DNA of 63,252 nucleotides, the filler included, from Octopus bimaculoides (lineage: Eukaryota), in the NCBI RefSeq assembly GCF_001194135.2. It is 6 parts of 5 records of this genome, joined end to end, with 100 filler letters (N's around TTAATTAATTAA, not from the genome) between each part and the next. Parts side by side here need not be neighbours in the genome. Positions count along the whole stretch, not along the records: positions 30,717 to 43,699 come from NC_068999.1; positions 43,800 to 46,117 come from NC_068983.1; positions 46,218 to 55,552 come from NC_068991.1; 3 more parts are not named here. One strand, written 5' to 3'. Positions within the stretch are counted from its first letter, which is position 1, and the number at the start of each line of letters is the position of its first letter. Below, in pieces: positions 41,855 through 52,849 of this stretch. Made by a program: the position numbers and the translations under genes. The notes beneath the pieces are model-generated. The model was not told the DNA's origin. It did no database searches and worked only from the letters and a program-made list of their open reading frames with translations.

Positions 41855-42120
41855 TATTATTCAGTAGTCTTATTTTTATTACGTGCTGTCACTGCACTAT
41901 CAAGCACAGCTCTGTGTGCAATGGGTATGTGCTATTTTTTGTTGCTGTGTTCTTATTTTTACTGTATTGAAAGTGTTTTACGTAGGTGCTTAGTAATGCC
42001 ATTTTCTGTATGTTATATATACTTGTAATATACTTGGTGCTTTTGTTACGTATTTATCTGACTGTTTTTTTTTTATCACACCTGAAGGGCCTACTATGAT
42101 GAGAATTATTTCTGTTTTTA
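41855..42120 (-). mobile_element. Dong/R4 subfamily B 3' end, diverged
   Basis: YNIQKMALLST..RKTLSIQ* followed by the subfamily B 3' UTR. Confidence 0.72.
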
Positions 42121-42154
42121 GGCTCCGCATTCGAGTAAACTCTGTTTAAAGACC

Positions 42155-42156
<2 letters not shown>

Positions 42157-42207
<51 letters not shown>

Positions 42208-42401
42208 GTTCAGTAATTTTATTTTTATAACGTGCTTTCACTTCACTACCGAGCGCAGCTCAGTGCGCCTTGGGTATGTGCTGTGGTTTGCTGTGGTGCT
42301 CTTATGTTTACTGTATTGAAAGTGTTTTGCGTAGAATGTGTGCAGTACCCAGTAGTGCAATTTTCTGTATGTTATATATATTTGTAAGTCCTGGTGTTTT
42401 T
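42157..42401 (-). mobile_element. Dong/R4 subfamily B 3' end with a (TAA)n tail
   Basis: KTPGLTNIYNIQKIALLGTAHILRKTLSIQ*, 3' UTR, then (TAA)n. Confidence 0.85.
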
Positions 42402-43081
42402 NNNNNNNNNNNNNNNNNNNNNNNNNNNNNNNNNNNNNNNNNNNNNNNNNNNNNNNNNNNNNNNNNNNNNNNNNNNNNNNNNNNNNNNNNNNNNNNNNNN
42501 NNNNNNNNNNNNNNNNNNNNNNNNNNNNNNNNNNNNNNNNNNNNNNNNNNNNNNNNNNNNNNNNNNNNNNNNNNNNNNNNNNNNNNNNNNNNNNNNNNNN
42601 NNNNNNNNNNNNNNNNNNNNNNNNNNNNNNNNNNNNNNNNNNNNNNNNNNNNNNNNNNNNNNNNNNNNNNNNNNNNNNNNNNNNNNNNNNNNNNNNNNNN
42701 NNNNNNNNNNNNNNNNNNNNNNNNNNNNNNNNNNNNNNNNNNNNNNNNNNNNNNNNNNNNNNNNNNNNNNNNNNNNNNNNNNNNNNNNNNNNNNNNNNNN
42801 NNNNNNNNNNNNNNNNNNNNNNNNNNNNNNNNNNNNNNNNNNNNNNNNNNNNNNNNNNNNNNNNNNNNNNNNNNNNNNNNNNNNNNNNNNNNNNNNNNNN
42901 NNNNNNNNNNNNNNNNNNNNNNNNNNNNNNNNNNNNNNNNNNNNNNNNNNNNNNNNNNNNNNNNNNNNNNNNNNNNNNNNNNNNNNNNNNNNNNNNNNNN
43001 NNNNNNTAGTAGTAGTAGTAGTAGTAGTAGTATTGTTGTTGTTGTTGTCATTATTATTATTATTTTTATTATTATTATTAA

Positions 43082-43144
<63 letters not shown>

Positions 43145-43798
43145 CATTGTTATTATTATTATCATTTTCATTGTTGTTATTTTTATTACTATTATTATTA
43201 TTATTATTATCATTGTTATTATTACTATCATTTTCATTGTTTTTATTTTTATTACTATTATTATTATTATTATTATTATTAGTGGAACAAGTGGGTTTTT
43301 TTTTGTTTTTTTTCCTTTTATTATTCTTTTAGCAGCACTAGTGCAGTCTTGAAGATTCATACCGTGCATTAGTTGTGATTCTACAAGTTTAGGTTTACGT
43401 AACACTGATAATTAGCGTTCATATTATTCCTCTCCTTTAAGCTAATGTGTACACTGTCAGTCGATGTGTATTGATATCGATTCTCAATTTCCGTACTCGA
43501 AGATCTATTTCTTAAGGAAGGGAAAAATTCAAGTATATGTATATTTACAATATATTGAATGTGTGCATGTCAATGACGCAATAAATTTTAATTTCTCTTA
43601 TCTGTACATGTCTGTGTGTGTGCGTGTGTGCGTCTGTATGTAGGTATGCATATGTATTTGTAGATCTCTCCCCTTTTCTCTTTATATATATATATATATN
43701 NNNNNNNNNNNNNNNNNNNNNNNNNNNNNNNNNNNNNNNNNNNTTAATTAATTAANNNNNNNNNNNNNNNNNNNNNNNNNNNNNNNNNNNNNNNNNNN

Positions 43799-44090
43799 NG
43801 AAGTTCAAAAGATAGTGCTCATGGGAACTGCCCATATCCTACGTAAAATACTGTCTATGTGATCTCAAATTTTAAAGCAAACACATAATTTTCTTATGGT
43901 TTCTTAAACATTCACTTGAACAAAACTGTACAAATCCAAATATATGGTACTCTAGGCATAACACCTACATGAACTTCTAACTTGTTGTCTCTTGAGGTCT
44001 CTGGGTGAGACTTGGATCCAACTTGTACAAATGCAAAACAAAAGTCAAACATAAAATAATAATAATAATGATAATAATAATAATAATAAC
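43799..44090 (+). mobile_element. Dong/R4 subfamily A 3' end with a (TAA)n tail
   Basis: EVQKIVLMGTAHILRKILSM*, 3' UTR ending caaacataaaataataat. Confidence 0.85.
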
Positions 44091-44094
44091 AACA

Positions 44095-44305
44095 ACAATC
44101 ACTTCTACTAAAGGCACATTTTGTGGGGAGGGGACTAGTCAATTACGTCGAACCCATTGTGTAACTGGTACTTAATTTATCGACCCCGAAAGGATGAAAG
44201 GCGAAGTCGGCCGTCGTCAAATTTGAACTTAGAACGTAAAGACGGACGAAATACTGCTAAGCATTTTGCCCGGCGTGCTAACTATTCTGCCTACTCACCA
44301 CCTTA
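44095..44305 (-). mobile_element. SINE family A
   Basis: Reverse complement of the family A consensus. Confidence 0.82.
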
Positions 44306-44318
44306 ATAATAAGTAGGA

Positions 44319-44613
44319 GGAGACCCCCTTCGGTCATAAATGACCATGGGATTACATCTAGAAAGTTACCCTCCGAGGTAAGGTTGTTTGTGGAAGGCCA
44401 GTAGTCGCCCATGCATACCAGCCACACCACTGATGTTATCCAAGGGAAAGGCCGATACAGCTTGGCACCAGTGATGTCGCAACTCATTTCTACAGCTGAG
44501 TGAACTGGAGCAACGTGAAATAAAGTGTCTTGCTGAAGACACAACACGCAGCCCGGTCCGGGAATTGAACTCACAACCTCACGGTCGAGGCTCTAACCAC
44601 TGAGCCATGATCC
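44319..44613 (-). mobile_element. SINE family B
   Basis: Reverse complement of the 9874 copy. Confidence 0.85.
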
Positions 44614-44618
44614 TTCAC

Positions 44619-44679
<61 letters not shown>

Positions 44680-44680
<1 letters not shown>

Positions 44681-44895
44681 CCTTTCTACTATAGGCACAA
44701 GGCCCGAAATGTTTTGGTGGGAGGGGGCCAGTTGATTAGATTGACCCCAATAGGCAACAGGTGCTTACTTTATCGACCCTGAAAGGATGAAAGGCAAAAT
44801 CGACATCGGCGGAATTTGAACTCAGAACGTAAAGACGGACGAAATGCCGTTAAGCATTTTGCCCAGTATGCTAACGATTCTGTCAGCTCACCGCC
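44680..44895 (-). mobile_element. SINE family A with a (TAA)n tail at 44621-44680
   Basis: Reverse complement of the family A consensus. Confidence 0.85.
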
Positions 44896-45164
44896 NNNNN
44901 NNNNNNNNNNNNNNNNNNNNNNNNNNNNNNNNNNNNNNNNNNNNNNNNNNNNNNNNNNNNNNNNNNNNNNNNNNNNNNNNNNNNNNNNNNNNNNNNNNNN
45001 NNNNNNNNNNNNNNNNNNNNNNNNNNNNNNNNNNNNNNNNNNNNNNNNNNNNNNNNNNNNNNNNNNNNNNNNNNNNNNNNNNNNNNNNNNNNNNNNNNNN
45101 NNNNNNNNNNNNNNNNNNNNNNNNNNNNNNNNNNNNNNNNNNNNNNNNNNNNNNNNNNNNNNNN

Positions 45165-45830
45165 TATATTCACTGGGTAATATGCAAAAACCTGAACCTG
45201 CCCCATGATAAAAACTGGTGGGAACACAAACCACCCCCAGTGCTTGAAAATGATCACATCGCACTCCTCTGGAACTTCACCATTCAAACTGACAGAAAGA
45301 TAGACGCAAATAGGCCAGACATCATACTGAAAGACTTCACACAAAAATCATACCTCCTCATTGATATGACTGTCCCAATTGATATAAACGTATCTGTCAA
45401 GACCTACCAAAAACTGAGCAAATATAAAGATCTTGAAATAGAAATTAGCAAAATGTGGAACCTGAAGACTAAAACAATACCTATCGTCATATGTGCCCTG
45501 GGAATGACAGCGAAAGGGCTGATTACTACCTAGCTCAGATATCAGGAAACCCCAAAATGGCTGAAGTTCAAAAGATAGTACTCATGGGAACTGCCCATAT
45601 CCTACGTAAAATACTGTCTATGTGTTCTCAAATTTTAAAACAAACACATAATTTTCTTATGGTTTCTTAAACATTCTCTAGAACAACACTATGTACAAAT
45701 CCAAATATATGGTACCCTAGGCATAACACCTACATGAACTTCTAACTTGTTGTCTCTTGAGGTCTCTGGGTGAGACTTGTACAAATGTAAAGCAAAAGTC
45801 AAACATAAAATAATAATAATAATAACAATG
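45165..45830 (+). mobile_element. Dong/R4 subfamily A: REL endonuclease C-terminus, 3' UTR and (TAA)n tail
   Basis: YIHWVICK...WNFTIQTDRKIDANRPDIILKD...LIDMTVP...KLSKYKDL...IPIVICALG carries the PD..D..K restriction-like endonuclease motifs of the R2/R4 group. Confidence 0.92.
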
Positions 45831-46329
45831 ATGATGATGTTGATGCTGATGATATCATCATCTTCATAATTATTTACCGGAGCAGCAAGGAATTTTAAGA
45901 TGACATGCTTTAAGCTGTCTAGATTATATCGGAATATTTTAACTTTGTAAGGATAATACGTCTTTATAAAACAATAAATGTAATGTATGTGTCTATCTAT
46001 TCTAGCCTCCAAACACTGATTCTCAGCTCCGTGCGGGCAAAATCACCTACACATATATTTATTAAGTCCAACAAAATGTTTTGAGTGCTACTTCCGTTTC
46101 CTCACCTGTTTATATATNNNNNNNNNNNNNNNNNNNNNNNNNNNNNNNNNNNNNNNNNNNNTTAATTAATTAANNNNNNNNNNNNNNNNNNNNNNNNNNN
46201 NNNNNNNNNNNNNNNNNCCATATATATATATATATATATATATACACTTAAGACTTAGTTGTGGGTTGGGACTTTGATCGGCAGAGGTCATTATTATTAT
46301 TATTTATTATTATTATTATTATTTTAAAT

Positions 46330-46467
46330 TTTCTCACAAGGGCGGCTTCAAGCAGGTGGAGAATAGTCGATTATATTGACCCCTGTGTTCAACTGGTACT
46401 TATTTTTTAGACCCCGAAAGGATGAAAGGCAAAGTCAACTTCAGCGGAATTTGAACTCAGAACGTAG
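46330..46467 (-). mobile_element. SINE family A, partial
   Basis: caactggtacttat...gaaaggatgaaaggcaaagtc...ggaatttgaactcagaacgta. Confidence 0.78.
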
Positions 46468-46703
46468 AGTGCTATTTTATAACTGTCTTCCATTCCCCCT
46501 TCCTCTCTTTCTCTTTCTTCATTGCTCTCATTCTATATTTCTTTCTCCCCCTCTTTTTCTAGCTCTCTCAAACACATACACGTGCACATACACACAAGCA
46601 TTCACTACAAGATAACTCATGTTCATCAATGTTTTGTAAATATACAAACTACGGAGCTTATGGACAACATATTGCAAATCCGTGAACTTCATTACAAATG
46701 TGA

Positions 46704-46902
46704 GTAATTTTTCAGATTAACACCCGCACGATTTTCACTAGGGTGTTAGGGTTACGGTTTTTGGGTCAGGGTTATGGTTTTAGGGTTACAGTTAGGTTAA
46801 GGTTATGATGAGGGTTAGTGTTACGGTTACAGTTTTAGGGTCAGGATTAGGGTTTTAGGGTTAGGGTTATGTAATCGTGCGGGTGTTAATCTGAAAAATT
46901 AC
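46704..46902. mobile_element. MITE-like element with perfect 30-bp TIRs and a degenerate TTAGGG core
   Basis: gtaatttttcagattaacacccgcacgatt (46704-46733) and aatcgtgcgggtgttaatctgaaaaattac (46873-46902). AAATGTGA occurs at both 46696-46703 and 46905-46912. Confidence 0.82.
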
Positions 46903-47899
46903 CGAAATGTGAAAAGTACCGACCCTGCCATCTTTTATAACTTTTGTTGTTCTGTTTAATATGTACTTAGATTATGCCTCCAAACAAGAGAGCTTGTTGG
47001 AGAAAGAAAGCAACCGGTTTAAAAAGACAGCAACAGACTGCAGCAATTCACCACATTCCAAAAGCTACTTTGAACATAATGCAAAATGGTGCATCCTCAT
47101 CTACTGCTCAATCTGATAGAATTCTGGCAGAACTGTAGCAACAGATCGCCAGCAATTGCTTCATCAGAAATTGCTGTCCTACCTCCTGCGAAAAGGAATT
47201 ACCCTGCTATGTATAATCAAGGCAGCGCAAAAAGTTGTTTTGCACAAGCATTTGTATAGCCAATTAGATGGATAAAATTTACGTACACTTAATAATGTTA
47301 CACAAAACAGCCTTCAGACTTTCCCTATTAATTTCGTCTTTTGAATTATGAACATATGTACATCATAAGGGTTTTTTCATTGCAAGGCTTTCTTTTTTAG
47401 TTGATTTTTACCTAGCAAGACTTATCGTAGATGGCGTAATAAGTCACACCCGGACAACGTCGGGTTATACTGCTAGTATATATATGTGTATGTATATATA
47501 TGTGTGTGTATGTGGGTATATGTATGTGTTAATATGTGTGGATGTATGGATTAATATATGTATGTATGTATCTGTATGTATATCTATATGTGTGTGTGTT
47601 TGTATGTTTGAATATGTAAGATTAATACCGTGGTGTGTAGTGTTTGTATATGTAAACATATGATGTATGTATATATAAACATATAAGATTGATAGTCTTA
47701 TATGCCTATATATATATATAGGCATATAAGACTATTTTTTACCCCTTTTGTTACTGGTCCTAAATGTGGATGCTGTATGGAAGTGATGAAATTGTACTTC
47801 ATTGAATTGAATACACAATGTACGAAGGCTCTATGGTACCTAGCAAAAATTTGCATAGATCTTGTTTTGGAGATACAGACAAAAGCCCCACAACAATTA

Positions 47900-50800
47900 C
47901 CTTCCCTTGCCTCCCAAGTACACAATGTTAGTGCCACAACCATCAACGCTGGCACATTGAAGGGGAGATCTGGTGAGATTATGGAAATTATGGAGCATTG
48001 AAATGTCGATGTGTGTGGTGTGCAAGAAGTGAGATAGAAGGGGGCCTCTGATAGAGTCCTCATGGGTAAGAAACAGGTTCAATTCTTCTAAGTTGGGTGA
48101 TGGAGTGGGTGGTGTGGGCATACTCCTAGCAGAAAAGTAGGTAGATATGGTAATTGAGGTAATCAGAGTATGCGATAGGTTATTAAGTTGAGACTTATAG
48201 ATAGACTAACAGGCTTGACTGACTGATGATCAGGGCCTTCTGCAGACTACCTCAACGACAAATGACAGAGACTTATTGTGGGTGGTGACTTTAATGGACA
48301 TGTTGGGCAGCATTCCCATGGATTCCATGGTGTGCATGGTAGTTACGGCTTTGGCCTCAATAATGAGGAGTAACAAATCTACTGGAGTTCTCTGATGAAA
48401 ATGATCTCATGATCTGCAACACTAACTTCAGAAAACCAGCCAACCAGCCACCTAATCATCATCATCATCATCATCCTTCTACCAACCTATGGTTGATCAG
48501 AACTCCATTGACAATCTCTTTCCACACTACACAATCCTGCATTGCTGTGTTCAGATCTCTAATATCCAGCCCTGACTCCTGAGATATAGTATCTGGAAAT
48601 ATCAGTCTCCTGGAGAAAACACTTCCAGAAGGATGCCATAGGAGCAGGAATGAGATAGCTTCTTTCTCTGCTCGAGGACAGAGGCCAGTAAATTGTAACC
48701 AGTTCTGTTTTAGCTTGAGGGATATTAGTATCAGATTTCCATAGATATTACTAAGTGATGGGTGTGATGTCCAACTGATGTTCTGTATCTTTCTGAGCAG
48801 GTTGGTATATGTTCCATCTAGTTGTTTTTCTAAGAGAGCCGATAAGGTCCAGGTCTCTGATCCATCGAGAAAGACTGACAAGTCCGTTTGGGAGTCTATT
48901 ATGTGAAATCCAAGATATTTGAAGTCATCAACGTTTTTGATTGATATATTAATGAGCGATTTGGGTCAGGTCGCTCTTTAGCGCTACTGGTAACATGTAA
49001 CCCAGTACAACTTGTCACATGGTCAGGTCATTGGCGATTAAACTGGCAACCCCATCAAGCTTGCTTGGTGAGGAGGGTGATGTTGGACACCCTGCGGTAT
49101 GAAAAATAAGATGTGTCAAAGGGTGGAAAAACTACTGTGTAGTCAACGGCCAATTCATCAGTGTTTGATTGTGACTCATGTGTGAAAGTTTGTGTGAGTG
49201 TATGTTTGTGTGTGTATCGTGTGTGTGTATTTTGTGTGTGTAATTTTGTGAGTTGTGTTTTATATATTGTATAAAATTTTAACTTTTTATGTATTTTTAC
49301 ATGTACTTTTACATCCTCAAATTTATTTTATTCTCTTATCTCTATTTTATCTTCATCTTTCTATCTGTGATTGAGGTATGTGGGGGATACACCCCGCATG
49401 GCGTAATGTCCATGCCCTGCATAGCTGGAATGGAGTAGACAGGACTCGCTGAGCTGAGGTGAAGGCAGCCTGCCTAGAAGGAAATCTCTTATAAGAAAAA
49501 ACAGCCGCAGAACTGAAATACCAATTGGTGTCTGGTGTGGGATAACTTTACCTCAAGGCTAAGGAGAAGTCTTAAGCCTTGGATGGCAATCTCTCTTGAG
49601 ATGATGTCTCATATGTAAAAATACCTGGATGTAGGACTGGCGATCCACTTCTGTATCAGCTACCAAAAGAATTGCCACCTAATCACTTATCAGTTGGTGG
49701 GAACATAAACCAAGTTAATTACCTCCTTACTAGGCAACGAGATCAACTGATGCTCACAAATGCGAAGTCCTTCCCAAGTGAAGAGTGTACTTCCCAAAAT
49801 AGGCTACTAGTTAGTGACTTCAGAATTAAGGCTAGAAAGACTTGAAGAAATAAACCATAGTGGAAAAGAAGATTATAGGAGCTCAAAAACTCAGCAAGCC
49901 AACAAAAATTTAGAAACATTCTACTGGAAGCCTCATGTTTTAGAGAGGAGGAGGAGGAGGAGGAGGAGGAGGAAGAAACATATAGCTTAGAGGACAACTG
50001 GAAGTTCCTGCAAAACAATTTACTGGGGGCTGCTGACCAAATCTGTGGCTGGTGCAAAGTCTCAGCTAGGCTGAGGGTGACATGGTGGTGGAACAAGCAG
50101 GTGGACAGCACTATAAAAACAAAGAGACAGGCCTGGAAAGACTGGAAAAACAGTGGAAGCAGAGCATTGTATCAGGGAACCAGAAGGGAGGCTAGGCAAT
50201 AGGTTTACACAATAAAAGGAATAACAGAGGGTAAGAGGTTTGCTAATGTCCTACAACATGAGGATTAGAGACATGAGGTGCTCAGGATTGCAAAGCAGTA
50301 TATCAGAGAGAATAGAGATGTGGTGGGTGAGGAATGTGTGCGAATGGATAATGGTATGCTTGCACTTAGTGACTCAGAGAAGAAAGATGCATGGAGATGC
50401 CATTTTGAAAGGTTGTTAAATGTGGAGAATATTTGGGAGAAGGAGAGTCTTTCAAATATTGAACCAATTGAGGGACCAGCCATCACAGTGGAAAGCAGTA
50501 TAATAGATAAGGCACTAAGAAAATGAAGACTGGGAAAGCCCCTGGACCGTTGAGTCTCACTGCCTAGATGATTAAAATATCCGCTTTGATTAAAATAGTT
50601 AAATCAAATTATTCAGGAGGTGTCATCCCCAAAGACTGTTGTAGTTATATTATTAGCTGCTACAAGAATAAAGGTGATGCCTTAGAAACAACTATAGAGG
50701 TATGAAACTGCTAGATTAGGTCATGAAAATTATAGAGAGAGTTATAGCTCAACTGAGATGCAGTTTAGTTTTGTACCTGAGAGAAGTACCACAGATGCGA

Positions 50801-50935
50801 TCTTCCTAGTGAGACAGTTGCAATAAACGTATTTGGCCAAAAGTAAACCATTATACTTAGCTTTCATCGACCTGGAGAAAGCTTTCTACAGAATCCTCTA
50901 CTCTCTTATCTGGTGGTCTCTAAGATAGCTAGGAT
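47900..50935 (+). mobile_element. RTE-clade LINE (APE endonuclease and start of RT), inactivated and interrupted
   Basis: INAGTLKGRSGEI..DVCGVQEVR, GGDFNGHVG, NTNFRKPANHL, NAKSFPSEECTSQNRLLVSDF, WWNKQV, PLYLAFIDLEKAF, with many stop codons. Confidence 0.92.
48459..49673 (-). mobile_element. Nested RTEX-type, internally deleted element with a (GAT)n tail and 12-bp TSD
   Basis: KNVDDFKYLG and DGSETWTL..LDGTYTNLLRKIQNISW..IYGNL. GCCACCTAATCA occurs at both 48447-48458 and 49674-49685. Confidence 0.85.
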
Positions 50936-51269
50936 CACTCTCTTGATCACTTTCTTTCTCCTTCTCTTGCTTCTCCCTCTGGCTAGGTAACTAAGTGTCT
51001 CCTTTGCATCAGCACACCTGTTTCTGTCCTCTTTCTTGTACTGCTCTCTCCCCCTCTTTCTCTTCCTCTTTCTCTCTGCCTCACCATCTCTCTTCCTTTC
51101 CCGCTTTCTCTTTCTGGCAGGGTAACCATGTACCTCCTCTATAGCAAGACACCTGTTTCTGCCTCTCTGTTTCTCTCACACTCTAACCTTTCATCATCTG
51201 ACACAAGATCCCCTCTTCCACTGCCCCCTCCCCTCTTAAAATTCCTTGTCTAGCAAGTTACTTAGTGAC

Positions 51270-51535
51270 CCTGCTGGTGACTGTAAAATAGTTGGCATTT
51301 AGAAGAACATCCAGCTGTAAAACTCATGCCAAAACTGACCTTGCCTGTGCTGGTGCCATGTAAAAAGCACTGTATCCATTCTGTGGAGTGGTTGGTATTA
51401 AGAAGGGGATCCAGCCATAAAAAGCTTGCCAAATCAGACACAGTAGCCTGAGGTAATCTTCTACCTGGCCAGATCCTGTCAACTGTCCTACCAATGCATG
51501 CATGGAAGACGGATGTTAAATGATAACAATGATGA
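51270..51535 (+). mobile_element. RTE-type 3' UTR/tail module ending in a (GAT)n-like tail
   Basis: tggtgccatgtaaaaagcact...gaaggggatccagcc...catggaagacggatgttaaatgat. Partial copies occur at 51690-51800 (+) and 61800-62000 (-). Confidence 0.7.
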
Positions 51536-52849
51536 TATATATGTATATATCCTTGTATGTAAATGGTTGAGTGTGTGTGTTTGTCATTTTGTCTTGATTT
51601 TGTGTGGAAGTTGTAAATAAATATCACTGCCATACAAGCTGTGACTTTCAATATTCCATGGAAGCATCCCTGGGTATGGGGAATTATCACTTTACTTGGA
51701 AAGATGGTTGGTAATAGGAAGGACATCTGGTTGTAGAAAAACCTGAGTAAATTTTATCAGACCCATGTAAGCTTGAAAAAGCGGACATTAAAATAATGAT
51801 ATGTGTATATAGATATATAAGATAAAACTTACTTGGAGGCAATGCGGGGTGTTCGATCATATAATAACATAAATAATATATAATTATATGCATATATCCA
51901 TACATATATGTACATACCGACATCTATATGTATACATACAAGCATATGTGGGTACAGGACATCACAAAAACATGTTAAACACAATGAGAAACGAAAACAT
52001 AAAGACGAAGACAGAAAACAAACTTTTTTTTTTCAAACAACGAAAAAAGCAAACATATTTTCGAAGGTGTCCCTTCTCCAATTGCTAAATGTCCTTTAAA
52101 TACTCTGGAAAATTTATTTCTGTAAAATGTTGGGAGTGGGTAAAATTTCCGAGGCTTCCACCTTACTCCACCCCGTTTTTCAGACCCCCACAAGGGTTTT
52201 GTAGCATATTAGGTCACATAAATTCATTCAACGAAAAAAAACAAAATTTTCAATGATTCCAGGAGGGGTTAGGGAAGACCTTGCCCTAAGGGATTTACAG
52301 CATATTAAGAGGTCAGGGTACTTGATCCCATACAAAAAATCCGAGTTTTTTCTCTTAGTGAAAATTGCGCAGGTGTTAATCTGAAAATGTACCCTTTGTT
52401 TTTCTTTCTCGCCATTGCTAGACAGGTGACTTAACTCATATTAGCAAACTTACAAATTGNNNNNNNNNNNNNNNNNNNNNNNNNNNNNNNNNNNNNNNNN
52501 NTTTTGGACCCTCAAAAAGGTTTTGTAGCATATTAGGTCACATAAATTCATTCAACGAAAAAAAACAAAATTTTCAATGATTCCAGGAGGGGTTAGGGAA
52601 GACCTTGCCCTAAGGGATTTACAGCATATTAAGAGGTCAGGGTACTTGATCCCATACAAAAAATCCGAGTTTTTTCTCTTAGTGAAAATTGCGCAGGTGT
52701 TAATCTGAAAATGTACCCTTTGTTTTTCTTTCTCGCCATTGCTAGACAGGTGACTTAACTCATATTAGCAAACTTACAAATTGGAAATCGGTAAAAGTTA
52801 TGGTTGAAAATCGATTTTTACCACTATCCACGGGTGCCTCGGGGAAAAT

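Noticed and set aside
46970-47300. Possible pogo/CENP-B-like HTH relic (HIPKATL) or a DCTN1 exon after ttccttttcgcAG on the - strand
   Set aside because: All frames close quickly and the resemblance is too weak to call.
52187-52783. Apparent ~270-bp tandem duplication, and ~50-bp ones at 61261/61321, 61803/61863 and 62317/62378
   Set aside because: Each pair is identical and separated by a short N gap, consistent with unmerged overlapping contig ends.
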